Virus record (IMG/VR): IMGVR_UViG_3300037487_002113
Strand: one strand, 5' to 3'
Length of the DNA stretch: 64,000 nucleotides
Source: an uncultured virus (IMG/VR IMGVR_UViG_3300037487_002113)
Taxonomy: Duplodnaviria > Heunggongvirae > Uroviricota > Caudoviricetes
This document shows positions 46,294 through 55,486 of the stretch, in pieces. The first letter of the stretch is position 1. The number at the start of each line of letters is the position of its first letter. Under the pieces are notes generated by a model. That model saw only the letters and a list, made by a program, of their open reading frames with translations. It ran no database searches and was not told the origin of the DNA. The position numbers were made by a program, and so were the translations under genes.

Positions 46294-46896
46294 ATGAACA
46301 CGACCACGAACATGAACACCGTCTCGATCCCCAGGGCACTTCTCGCATGGGCGGAGCGTGATACATCCGTCGGTGAGTACGCCAGGGAGCTGGTTGGGAT
46401 CGGCACCCGGACGGGCGACGACGTCGAGGTCCCCGACGCCTCGGCGTGGTCCCGGATGTGGTGCTGCGTCGAGGCGGTGGTGTACGCGGCGGTGGGAGCC
46501 GACCGAGCCGACCTGCTGACCGACCTGCCGACCTGGGTGGCCAAGCTGCTCGGCCTGAAGTTCTCGTGGCACACGGCCGACGGCACGTGCCACGAGCTGG
46601 GCGGGGACGGCCGTGGCCGTTCGGTGAGCTGGGGCGCGGCGGATGCGATCCTCGGCTGGAGCGCCGGGGACCCTGCAGCGATCGGCGCGGTGCGCAGCGT
46701 GGTGGACGTCCTCGGTGCCAAGCCCATGCGCATGGTAGAAGACAAGCCCTGCTGTAAGTGCGGGAAAACAACGGCGATCTCGGTGGACACGACCGACGAC
46801 GTGCGGTACTGCGGTCCCTGCTGGTCTTACTTGACAAGCTCGGCTACAGTCGCGGTGCCGATCAAGCCGGCCAAGTCAACCCGAAAGAGCCGATGA
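46294..46896 (+). CDS. Hypothetical protein with C-terminal zinc finger
   Basis: CCKCG...YCGPCW. Confidence 0.7.
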   Translation: MNTTTNMNTVSIPRALLAWAERDTSVGEYARELVGIGTRTGDDVEVPDASAWSRMWCCVEAVVYAAVGADRADLLTDLPTWVAKLLGLKFSWHTADGTCHELGGDGRGRSVSWGAADAILGWSAGDPAAIGAVRSVVDVLGAKPMRMVEDKPCCKCGKTTAISVDTTDDVRYCGPCWSYLTSSATVAVPIKPAKSTRKSR

Positions 46897-47417
46897 CCGC
46901 CTCGCTCTCAGCTCAGTTCTCGGACGTCAGCGCGGCCCCCTTCAGGGATGGAGGGGCGCCCGTCCCGCCCGCGAATCTGGCCGCCGCTCGCCCCGTCTGC
47001 CAGACCCGCGTGGGGCAAACCGTCTGGTGTTGCGTGGACGCGGTCAGCCGTCTCGGCGTCGACTCGTACCTCGTGCTGCGGCCTGTTTTCAGGATGCCCT
47101 GGACCGAGTTCACCGTCGGCGGTCCGCTCGCGTCCGTCGTCAAGCGGCTCGACGTCATCGGCGCGCCATCGCCTTTCGGGAGCAGCATCAGCGAGATGCT
47201 CGGCGAAGTGTGGCGGTTCTACATGCCGGCGGGTGAGGCGCGGGCGTGTTCGTTTTTCCTGCCGTCTGACGGGATGTATTTTTTCCTCGCGGCGTGGGTG
47301 ACGGACATGGCTGGGGTGTTGATTCCAGGCCAGTTTCACATCGACGGCTACGTGTGGACGGCGCTTGGCGCGGCGCACGCGCTGCAGACCAACTCTGCTG
47401 AGGAGCGACCGCAATGA
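46893..47417 (+). CDS. Beta-rich putative structural protein, paralog 1 of 3
   Basis: AQFS / R.GQT / KRLD / P.G.S.S / VW / AGE / F.PS.G motifs shared by the three. Confidence 0.7.
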   Translation: MTASLSAQFSDVSAAPFRDGGAPVPPANLAAARPVCQTRVGQTVWCCVDAVSRLGVDSYLVLRPVFRMPWTEFTVGGPLASVVKRLDVIGAPSPFGSSISEMLGEVWRFYMPAGEARACSFFLPSDGMYFFLAAWVTDMAGVLIPGQFHIDGYVWTALGAAHALQTNSAEERPQ

Positions 47418-48001
47418 GCAGCCAGCTTGGCGCGCAGTTTTCGGAGCCGAGATACCGGGCTGGCGGCACGGTGTTCGACTTTGTGCAGACGGTCCTCACG
47501 CCGCACACGCGGGTCAGCGTGACCCCTCCTGGGGTGCTCAGGCTGGGCCAGACGCTGTACGTTTTGATCACGGCCCAGAACACCGGCACGTTCGCGCGCC
47601 AGCTGTGGCTCATGCCGTGGTGGCTGCACCCGACGTTCGAGTACCGGTTTCCGGGCCAGGGCGTGTACACGACGGACGATCTCGCCCGGTTTGGCGTTCA
47701 GAACCCCGTCATCGCCCAGCAGGATTCGCTTTGGATGACCAGCCCGAAGAGGCTTGACATCACTGGGGCGCCGTCACCATTTGGGACCAGCATTTCCGAC
47801 ATGCAGTCCGACGTCTGGGCGCTCGACGTGCCGGCTGGCGAGACGGTCAAGAAGTCTTTTTTCTATCCTTCGCACGGGTACGGGCTGGCGCAGACGGCGC
47901 AGATTCGCGACGTGGGGGACCCGATGGATGGCTCGGTTCGGTTTACGATCTCCGTGACGCCTGGCGCAACGCACGCGGTCTTCCAAGATGGGCAGGGGTG
48001 A
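47414..48001 (+). CDS. Beta-rich putative structural protein, paralog 2 of 3
   Basis: Same shared motifs. Confidence 0.75.
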   Translation: MSSQLGAQFSEPRYRAGGTVFDFVQTVLTPHTRVSVTPPGVLRLGQTLYVLITAQNTGTFARQLWLMPWWLHPTFEYRFPGQGVYTTDDLARFGVQNPVIAQQDSLWMTSPKRLDITGAPSPFGTSISDMQSDVWALDVPAGETVKKSFFYPSHGYGLAQTAQIRDVGDPMDGSVRFTISVTPGATHAVFQDGQG

Positions 48002-48004
48002 GCG

Positions 48005-48586
48005 ATGAGCGGCGGAACGTACGTCACCGGAGCGCAGTTCAGCGACATCGGACCTGTCACGAGGCAGGCCAGTGGCGCGTTCGTGCTCGAACCATTCGAG
48101 CCGGTCGTCGGCACGGATCTGCAGGACCGCACGCAGATCCAGTCCGTGCCCACGATGACAGGCGCGTTTCGCCTCGGTCAGACGGTGTACTTCGTCGCCG
48201 AGGTGAAGAACAACACGCTCGGCAACGTGGACTACGCCATCAAGCCGTGGTGGGTGCCGCCAGGCATCGAGTACACACCGCTGCCTGGCAGCGCGCCGCT
48301 GCCGACGGACTGGGTGACGATGTGCAAGCGCCTTGACGTTGCGTCTGGCGTTGGCCCTCAGCCTATCGGGACTTCGCTTAGCATTCTCCTTGACGAGGTC
48401 TGGGAGTTTGTGGGGCTGGCGGCTGGCGAGACTCGTCGGTTCGCCTTTGTGTACCCGTCGCATGGGTACGGGTTCGGCGTCACGACGCAGGTGCTCGCTG
48501 GGGCGATTGCGGCGGACTCGGTTCTGACGAAGATCTATTTCTCCGTCGGCGTCACCGATGCCATCGTCCAGGAGTCGATCGCATGA
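48005..48586 (+). CDS. Beta-rich putative structural protein, paralog 3 of 3
   Basis: Same shared motifs. Confidence 0.75.
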   Translation: MSGGTYVTGAQFSDIGPVTRQASGAFVLEPFEPVVGTDLQDRTQIQSVPTMTGAFRLGQTVYFVAEVKNNTLGNVDYAIKPWWVPPGIEYTPLPGSAPLPTDWVTMCKRLDVASGVGPQPIGTSLSILLDEVWEFVGLAAGETRRFAFVYPSHGYGFGVTTQVLAGAIAADSVLTKIYFSVGVTDAIVQESIA

Positions 48587-49335
48587 GATGGCCCGTACGA
48601 ATCTCGCAGCCCGGAGGTGCCGGGCCAGCGATTCAGAACAACCTGAACGCGACGTCCGCGCCTACTGTCAACGACGACAGCACCGTCGGGTATTCGGAAG
48701 GGTCGTTGTGGGTTTGGCCTCTTGGCGCGAATAGCATCGGGTACGGGACATGGATCTGCACCGACGCCACCCCCGGCGCCGCCGTCTGGCGTCGCATCGA
48801 GGCCGTCAACAACCTCGTCGGTGGTGCGGCTCCTGGCGTAACGAACGATGCGTCCGAGGAGTATTCGGCGGGGTCGGTGTGGATCTGGCCGGGCAACGGC
48901 ACGTGGATCTGCGCTGACCCAGCGATCGGCGCGGCCGTCTGGGCCCTCGTCTCGGCAACGGGCTCATCGAGCGCGCTGTCGTTGTCCGGCGCGTGGACCG
49001 CGGCGGTGGGCGTGGCCGTCGGCGACGTGGTCGTCGCGTCCGCCGCCAACACGGTGTCGCGCGCGGACTCGACCTCTGTGGCCACGGCGATCCCTTTCGT
49101 GGGCATCGTCTCCGCGCTCGCTGGCTTCAACGCCACGGTCGTCTACGCGGGCGAGTTCGCGTTCGGCGCGCCCGTGCTCGTTCCGAACTTCGTGTACTTC
49201 CTGGGCATCGCGCCCGGAAGCCTCACGGCGATCCCACCTACCGGCCCGTCGGGCTCGGTGGTACAACGCGTCGGCTACGCGAAGAGCGCCACGGTGCTCG
49301 TGCTCGACCAACGCGGCGAACCTGTGATCTTGTAA
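48583..49335 (+). CDS. Virion fibre/decoration protein
   Basis: Two AP..D...Y..GS.W....W.C.D...GAAVW repeats plus a capsid-cement-like C-terminal domain. Confidence 0.7.
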   Translation: MRWPVRISQPGGAGPAIQNNLNATSAPTVNDDSTVGYSEGSLWVWPLGANSIGYGTWICTDATPGAAVWRRIEAVNNLVGGAAPGVTNDASEEYSAGSVWIWPGNGTWICADPAIGAAVWALVSATGSSSALSLSGAWTAAVGVAVGDVVVASAANTVSRADSTSVATAIPFVGIVSALAGFNATVVYAGEFAFGAPVLVPNFVYFLGIAPGSLTAIPPTGPSGSVVQRVGYAKSATVLVLDQRGEPVIL

Positions 49336-49352
49336 GGACGAGGGGAAGCAAC

Positions 49353-49673
49353 ATGGCAGCGAAGCGGTACAAGCTCACGCAAGAAGTGATCGACTCCTGG
49401 TACACGAAGAACGGGAAGTTCAGCTTCAAGGTCGGGTTCGACAAGAACGACGGGCACACGATCTGTGGGCCCGGCCTCTGTCAGACGATCACCGTCGCCG
49501 AGGCGGACGTCGTGCAGACGACGAACGAGACGGCGCAGAAGTTCCTGCTGAACTTCATGATCCCACAGGGTGTCAGCCGCAACGGGGTTCGACCACCGCC
49601 GGGGCCCGTGTGGATCGATGTGACCGCGACGCAGCCGACTGCGAACGTGGACCTCGATCCGTTCTTCGTGTAG
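49353..49673 (+). CDS. Hypothetical protein
   Basis: GAGGGG RBS. Confidence 0.7.
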   Translation: MAAKRYKLTQEVIDSWYTKNGKFSFKVGFDKNDGHTICGPGLCQTITVAEADVVQTTNETAQKFLLNFMIPQGVSRNGVRPPPGPVWIDVTATQPTANVDLDPFFV

Positions 49674-49776
49674 GTTTCGGCCCGTAGGGTTCTGGCAGAG
49701 CAGCGGGGCCAGCAGGTCTCTGCCGTCGTAAGACAAACGGTTTTCAGGTTCAACGCTACCCCAAAAGAGGCTCCGC

Positions 49777-52700
49777 ATGGCTGCTGTCATTCCGCTCAAA
49801 ATCGTATCCGGCACGCTCTCGCAGTTCGGAACCACCGACGAGATCTACGCGCAAGGGATCGTCCCGCGATCGGGAACAGCGCTGGCCATCGGTGATGCGG
49901 CGACGACGCAGGTCGACGTCGGCGCAGCGGGCGCGACGCTCATTCGTCTCGGCAATGGGGCTGCTGGAGTGCCCGTGACAGGGCTGACCATCGACATCGG
50001 CACGAGCGGAGGTGTCGGTTCGACGATCAACCTCGGCAGCGTGAACACGACGGTCAACATCAACGGGTCGATGGTCGTTGACGTCAACGCGACGTTCGAA
50101 GGCAACACGATCATTGGTACTGTTGGCTCTCCGCTCTCCGATACTCTGACGGTCTACTCGGCGATCGCTGGCGACCTGACCTTCAAGGGCGGTGCCGATC
50201 ACAGCATTCTCGTGGCTCCCTCCGCTGGAGCTGGCAACAACCTCTCCATCGTCGGCGCCGTTGGCGCGGCCGGAAACAATGCCGGCGGCGCGGCGCAGAT
50301 CACCGGCGGCGCTGGCACGGGCGCGGCGGCTGGCGGTCAGGTCACCCTCACGGGAGGCGTCTCGGCGACCGGCCTCGCGGGCAACGTCAGCATCGTCACG
50401 TCGCGCACGGTTGACGCTACGCCGGGGACGGCTGGTCCAGCCCTGACGCTCACCGAGAGCGGCACGGGCGGCGGAACGTCAAGCGTCTGGACTGGCGCGG
50501 CAGATCCGAACAGCGCTCCGGTCACGGGCACGCTCGGCTCGCTGTACCTTCGGACCGGCACCGGAGAGCTGTACATCAACACGGCCGCTACGACCTGGGC
50601 GAAGGTCGCCACGGGCACGGGCGGCGGAGCCACGCTGCAGACGGCGTACACCGCTGGCAACACGATCGCCACGACGACCAACCCGGTTGCCCTCTCGGTG
50701 GCATCCGGCACGCAGAGCGTCCTGACGGTCACGTCGGCGAACGACACCGCTAGCGCAGCGGTTCTCGTCAATGGCACGAGCGTCGGCTACGGCACGGCCG
50801 GGCTGAAGGTGTTGCAGCAGAGCGGCGGTCGCCCTTCCAGCTCGGACGGCGTCAAAATCGAGATCAATGGATACGCGCCCACCACGGGCACGGGCGACAG
50901 CCTGACGTTCGTCGCCGGACCGAATACGGTCACGCTTGTCGACGCAGGCGCGTCGTTCGTTGCGGCTGACGTCGGACGGAACATCACGATCGCGAACTCC
51001 CCCACTCCTGCCAATGACGGCACGTTCGTCGTCACGGCGTATATCAGCCCGACTTCGATCGGGTGGGTCAACGCGAGCGGTGCCACGGAGGCAGCCCCGG
51101 CGCTCACGTGGTCAATGTCCAACGTGGCCAGCGGTCACGGGCTGAATATCACTGCCAGTGGCAATGTCACGGGAGGCGCGGCCTTCATCAGCAACGCGGG
51201 GTCTGGGGCCGGCCTCAACGTAACCGGTATCGGAACGGGCGTCTCGCTCTTCGTCGTCAGCTCTGGCGCAGGTGATATTGCTCGGTTCGAGAAGCCCGGC
51301 AACCCAGTTCTCGTGCTCAACACCGATGGTGCGATCACGGGCACCGCGTACAACAACGGCGTGGCCGGTAGCGCGATCAGCTTCACGGCCGGCGACGGCG
51401 TGGCTGCTGGCGGCGTGGGCGGCGACGTCGACATCACGGGCGGCTCGACCGCATACACGGTTGCCGCCGGGCACATCTTCCTGCAGGGCGGCCACAACAC
51501 CCACGCGACTGGCGCAGGCGTCAGCGGCGCCATCAGCATCAAGTCCGGTGACAAGACCGGCGACACCGCGACCAACGCTGCGGGCGTGACTGTCGCCGGC
51601 GGCTACAACGGCGGCGAGGGAGCGGGCGGGTTCGTTACGATCACGGCCGGTCACAACGAAGGCCCGACCGCGGGCGCGGGTCTCCCAGGCGACGTCAACA
51701 TCTCCGGTGGAGCCAAGATCTTCGGCACGGCTAACGCCGGCAACACGTTTATCGCGGGTGGCGCGGTTTCCAGCGGCGGCACGGGCACGGGCGGTAACGT
51801 CCAGCTCAGCGGTGGTGCGGCGCTCTCTGGTGTTGGTGGCGATGTCGTCTTCGTCGGTGGGACGTCGGCCTCGTCGACCCCTGGCGGGATCGAGATGCGC
51901 ACCGGGCGCACGACGAACAACACGGCTGCCACGGACGGCCCGGCTCTCAAGATCTACCAGGCGTGGCCGGCTCTTCCGATCTCTGCGAGCGTCTACGTCG
52001 GCGACAACAACCCGAACGGTATGAGCGTGTCCGGCAGCGAGGGCTCGCTGTACATGCACTACGGGGCGGGCGCTGGCGAGCTTTGGCTCAAGGTGGCCGC
52101 TGCCACGACGGGGTGGGAGAAGGTCGGCGCGGCGGCGACGCAGGCCTCGCAGATCGTACAGGGCGGATTCAACACCACGACGAATGCGGTTACGTCTGGC
52201 CTGCTCGGCTACCTGACGCCGGTCGCGAGCGTTGTCGATCTGGCCAGTGCAGCTGGCATCGCCACTGCGGGCGTCTTCGGCGCCAACGAGGGCACCGTCA
52301 ACTCGATGACCACGGCGGGCACGATCGACGCACAGAAGGTGGAGCCTGCGGTTACGGTCGTGGCCGGCGAGCGCCTGTACCTGTCTGCGGTCAGCAAGGG
52401 CTGCGTGACGAACGTGGTCCCGTCGGTGGCCCCGCAGGTCATCCTGACGGTCGGCTACGCGCGCACGGATGGCACTGGCGCGACGGCGACCACGTACCCG
52501 GTCTCCGGCGACACCTTCGCCTTCGCGGGCCCGTCCACCGTCACGTTGGCTGTTGCCGGCGGCTTCGCGGCGGGAGACCTGGGTCGTACGATCCGCGTCT
52601 CCGGCGCGCTCTCGCCCGCCAACAACGGCGACTTCGTGATCCTGAGCGTGGTCAATCCTGGCTTGGCCGGCGCGCTCGTGACCTACAGCAACGGGGCTGG

Positions 52701-53034
52701 CGTGTCTGAGTCCGCCGCCAGCGCCGTAACGGTCATGGGCGGCGGCGACGGCTTCTCGGCTGGCCCGGTTCAGACGGTGTCTGTCGCCGGTGCTTTCGTC
52801 GCGAGCGACGTGGGGCGCTACCTCCACATTTTCGGCGCATCCTCGGCAAACAACGATGGCGACTTCCTGATCACCAGCGTCGTCGCTGGCGTCAGCGCCA
52901 CCTACACGAACCCCAACACAGGCACGCTTGAGAACGCCATCGGCTCGACGACGTACTCCGTCAGCGCGGCGTACGGCATCGGCGCAGTGACCGACCTGCT
53001 GATGTCGATCGGCGCTCCGATGATCGTGCAGTGA
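49777..53034 (+). CDS. Long Gly/Thr/Ala-rich fibre or spike protein (1085 aa)
   Basis: GG.V.ITGG repeats, GSLYLR modules, three F.A.D.GR.I.....ANDG.F domains. Confidence 0.8.
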   Translation: MAAVIPLKIVSGTLSQFGTTDEIYAQGIVPRSGTALAIGDAATTQVDVGAAGATLIRLGNGAAGVPVTGLTIDIGTSGGVGSTINLGSVNTTVNINGSMVVDVNATFEGNTIIGTVGSPLSDTLTVYSAIAGDLTFKGGADHSILVAPSAGAGNNLSIVGAVGAAGNNAGGAAQITGGAGTGAAAGGQVTLTGGVSATGLAGNVSIVTSRTVDATPGTAGPALTLTESGTGGGTSSVWTGAADPNSAPVTGTLGSLYLRTGTGELYINTAATTWAKVATGTGGGATLQTAYTAGNTIATTTNPVALSVASGTQSVLTVTSANDTASAAVLVNGTSVGYGTAGLKVLQQSGGRPSSSDGVKIEINGYAPTTGTGDSLTFVAGPNTVTLVDAGASFVAADVGRNITIANSPTPANDGTFVVTAYISPTSIGWVNASGATEAAPALTWSMSNVASGHGLNITASGNVTGGAAFISNAGSGAGLNVTGIGTGVSLFVVSSGAGDIARFEKPGNPVLVLNTDGAITGTAYNNGVAGSAISFTAGDGVAAGGVGGDVDITGGSTAYTVAAGHIFLQGGHNTHATGAGVSGAISIKSGDKTGDTATNAAGVTVAGGYNGGEGAGGFVTITAGHNEGPTAGAGLPGDVNISGGAKIFGTANAGNTFIAGGAVSSGGTGTGGNVQLSGGAALSGVGGDVVFVGGTSASSTPGGIEMRTGRTTNNTAATDGPALKIYQAWPALPISASVYVGDNNPNGMSVSGSEGSLYMHYGAGAGELWLKVAAATTGWEKVGAAATQASQIVQGGFNTTTNAVTSGLLGYLTPVASVVDLASAAGIATAGVFGANEGTVNSMTTAGTIDAQKVEPAVTVVAGERLYLSAVSKGCVTNVVPSVAPQVILTVGYARTDGTGATATTYPVSGDTFAFAGPSTVTLAVAGGFAAGDLGRTIRVSGALSPANNGDFVILSVVNPGLAGALVTYSNGAGVSESAASAVTVMGGGDGFSAGPVQTVSVAGAFVASDVGRYLHIFGASSANNDGDFLITSVVAGVSATYTNPNTGTLENAIGSTTYSVSAAYGIGAVTDLLMSIGAPMIVQ

Positions 53035-53115
53035 TCTGACCACCTGGCAGCAGCAGCCGGCCCACCAGCCGGCCGCTGCTGCTTGTAGGCTTCTTCCCAA
53101 GACAAGGCGCGTGAC

Positions 53116-54801
53116 GTGGCAGAGCAGCCTCTAAAAATCGTCAACGGTACGATCTCCGACTTCGCGACCACAGACGTCGCGCTCGTCGGCGGCGTGCTCG
53201 CGAAGACGTCTACCGGCGTCAACGCGCCCGGCAACGACCTCACGGTCATCGGCGGCGCAGCGACGCCCGCCGGGACCGGCGCTGGCGGCGCAGCGCGCAT
53301 CACCGGCGGCGCCGCCGGAACGACAGCCGCCGCGCTCGCTGGCGGCAACGTGATCATCACAGGCGGCGCGACCAGCGGGACTGGCGCAGGCGCCCTGCCT
53401 GGCGGTGTCGTGCTGGAGACGACGCGCACCGCGACAAGCACGGCGGCGGTCGCCGACGGGCCGGTGCTCACGCTGACGCAGCCTGCGCTGACGGTGGGCG
53501 TGTTTGCTGGGGCCTCAGATCCGTCCGCCGGGTCCGGCGTCGTCGCGAACGCAGGCTCCCTCTACCTTCGGCAGTCGGGCGGCGTTGGGTCGATGTACCT
53601 CAAGACCGGCGCCGCGAACACGGCGTGGTCGGTAGACGTTTCGCCCGTGCTTGAGGGGAGCACGCTTCGCGTCGACGCCGTCAACGGCAGCGACACTACA
53701 GGCACACGCGGGGACTTTGCCCGTCCGTTCAAAACGATTACTGCGGCGCTAAATGCGTCTTCAGCGAACGACCTGATCCAAGTCGGCCCCGGCACGTTCG
53801 TCGAGGCGCCGTTCACCATGCCAGTGAATCGGACCATCTGTGGCTCGTTCCCGCTGCGGACGAAGATCCAGTACACGGCTACCGCGGCCTGCACGTTCGT
53901 CACGATGTCCGCTGGGTCCGTCTTACGGTCGGTAAAGATCGAGCTGCTCAGCGACACCACGGCACGCACCCCGCTCATTGGCGTGCTGTTTCCAGGCACG
54001 GTCAGCAACGCGTACCTGCAAGACGTTCACGTCATCGTCGACAATAGCAACGTGACATCCGGCCTCACGGACGTAACCGGCGTGTCCTTCACGACGACCG
54101 GAGATTACGCATCAGAGGACGCCATCTTTGACGTCGCGATCGACGTGCGAAGCGTGTTCACTGGCGCCAAGCGCGGCATCGTGAACAGTGGCGTAGGCAA
54201 CCATGTACACGTGGCAGAGGTCTCGTGTACGCTGGTTTCGCCCGGATCGGTGAACGCAATCAATATCGAGGCCGTCGACGGAATCTTTGCCATCTCATCG
54301 AGCCGCGTCCACGTGTCTCCGGTGGCAGCCGGAAACGCCAATATCTCTGCGAAGCTCAACACTCCGTCAAGCCTGCGCATTGGCGCCGTAGACCTTGAGG
54401 AGTCCTCGTGTAATGGCAGGGCGTTCGTGTCGTCTGGTCAGCTTGGTACGATGGTCTTCTCCGATATTGGGGGTCAAAATGGCACCCTCTACCTTCAGGC
54501 CGGTGGCGACTCTAACGGGGCCATCGAGAGCATTGCGCGCTTCCGTATAGCGCGGGCTTGTATCGTTCAGACGTTGAGCTGCCAGGTGCAAACCGCACCT
54601 AGCGGTGGCTCTGTCGTATACACTGTCCGCAAGAACAGTGCGCCCATGACTCTGACTGCTACTATTACTACGGGCACGTTAGTCGCAACAGACCTGAACA
54701 ACGCCGTCGAGTTTGCGGCTAATGACTATATTTCGATTCAGAGAATCGGAACCGGAAGCGCGAGCAACGCCCAGGTCACGATCGAGATGTCCGCATGGTA
54801 G
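53116..54801 (+). CDS. Fibre/spike protein with beta-helix (pectin-lyase-like) domain
   Basis: N-terminus resembles 49777; VD..NGSD.TG.....PF.TI.AAL....D.I.VGPG.F cap motif. Confidence 0.75.
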   Translation: MAEQPLKIVNGTISDFATTDVALVGGVLAKTSTGVNAPGNDLTVIGGAATPAGTGAGGAARITGGAAGTTAAALAGGNVIITGGATSGTGAGALPGGVVLETTRTATSTAAVADGPVLTLTQPALTVGVFAGASDPSAGSGVVANAGSLYLRQSGGVGSMYLKTGAANTAWSVDVSPVLEGSTLRVDAVNGSDTTGTRGDFARPFKTITAALNASSANDLIQVGPGTFVEAPFTMPVNRTICGSFPLRTKIQYTATAACTFVTMSAGSVLRSVKIELLSDTTARTPLIGVLFPGTVSNAYLQDVHVIVDNSNVTSGLTDVTGVSFTTTGDYASEDAIFDVAIDVRSVFTGAKRGIVNSGVGNHVHVAEVSCTLVSPGSVNAINIEAVDGIFAISSSRVHVSPVAAGNANISAKLNTPSSLRIGAVDLEESSCNGRAFVSSGQLGTMVFSDIGGQNGTLYLQAGGDSNGAIESIARFRIARACIVQTLSCQVQTAPSGGSVVYTVRKNSAPMTLTATITTGTLVATDLNNAVEFAANDYISIQRIGTGSASNAQVTIEMSAW

Positions 54802-54820
54802 TCGCCCCCCCGCTCCGCAG

Positions 54821-54849
54821 TTGACATCGTCCGACAGCGTGGGTAGTTT
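54821..54849 (+). promoter_or_regulatory. Sigma-70-like promoter
   Basis: TTGACA-17-TAGTTT. Confidence 0.55.
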
Positions 54850-54909
54850 CGTTCGCGACGCGAGGGCGCCCACTCTCCCGATGCCCGCGTCGCCAGGAGA
54901 TCTGCGACC

Positions 54910-55284
54910 ATGAAGAAGACGAAGAACCCGTTCAAGAACGTCACCCCGTCTAAGGTCCCGGACCCGCCGAGGGCCGTGCCGAGGACAGCATCCGCACCGA
55001 AGTCGCCGAAGGCGCCGCCCGCCGCAGCGCCCGCCGCAGCAGCTCCCGCCGCGCCCGCAGCGCTGGCCGGCAACGAGTTCGCGATCGAAGCGCAAGACGC
55101 CACGATCGTCCAGCTCGCCGAGGAGCGTCTCCAGAACGCGCAGCTGCACGCGCAGAACCGCAAGAACGAGCGAGACTCCTTGCTGGAGCAGGTGCGCACG
55201 AAGTACCAAGAGGGCGGCAAGTACGTGATGACGAGCATCGACATCGGTCGTGGCGTCATCGAGCGGCACCTCGCCGGGGCCTGA
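54910..55284 (+). CDS. Hypothetical protein, Pro/Ala-rich N-terminus + coiled coil (possible fibre chaperone)
   Basis: AGGAG RBS; C-terminal coil ending IDI.RG.I. Confidence 0.65.
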   Translation: MKKTKNPFKNVTPSKVPDPPRAVPRTASAPKSPKAPPAAAPAAAAPAAPAALAGNEFAIEAQDATIVQLAEERLQNAQLHAQNRKNERDSLLEQVRTKYQEGGKYVMTSIDIGRGVIERHLAGA

Positions 55285-55288
55285 AACA

Positions 55289-55442
55289 CCCCGCTGCACC
55301 AGGCGCACAGGGCTCGGCGGGCGCGAAAGACGCCTGCTGAGCCAGCGCTTGGCAGCCCGCGGCTAGCCCGGCTACCGGCTCGTTCGGAGCGCTCCCGTCG
55401 CGTATCCATCTGCGGACGCAGCGGCGAGGGGATTTTTTCTTG
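55289..55442 (+). ncRNA. Candidate multi-stem structured RNA or complex terminator
   Basis: Closing stem CCCCGCTGC/GCAGCG..GGGG, 13-bp GAAA-capped stem, U-tract. Confidence 0.3.
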
Positions 55443-55486
55443 GGAGGTGGTAGGCTTGTGCCCCCAGCGCCCCGAGGAAGTACCCG

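Noticed and set aside
55301..55345. GCACAGGGC...GAAA resemblance to a c-di-GMP-I riboswitch
   Set aside because: It lacks the following AAAC and GACGCAAAGC elements and the tetraloop-receptor stem.
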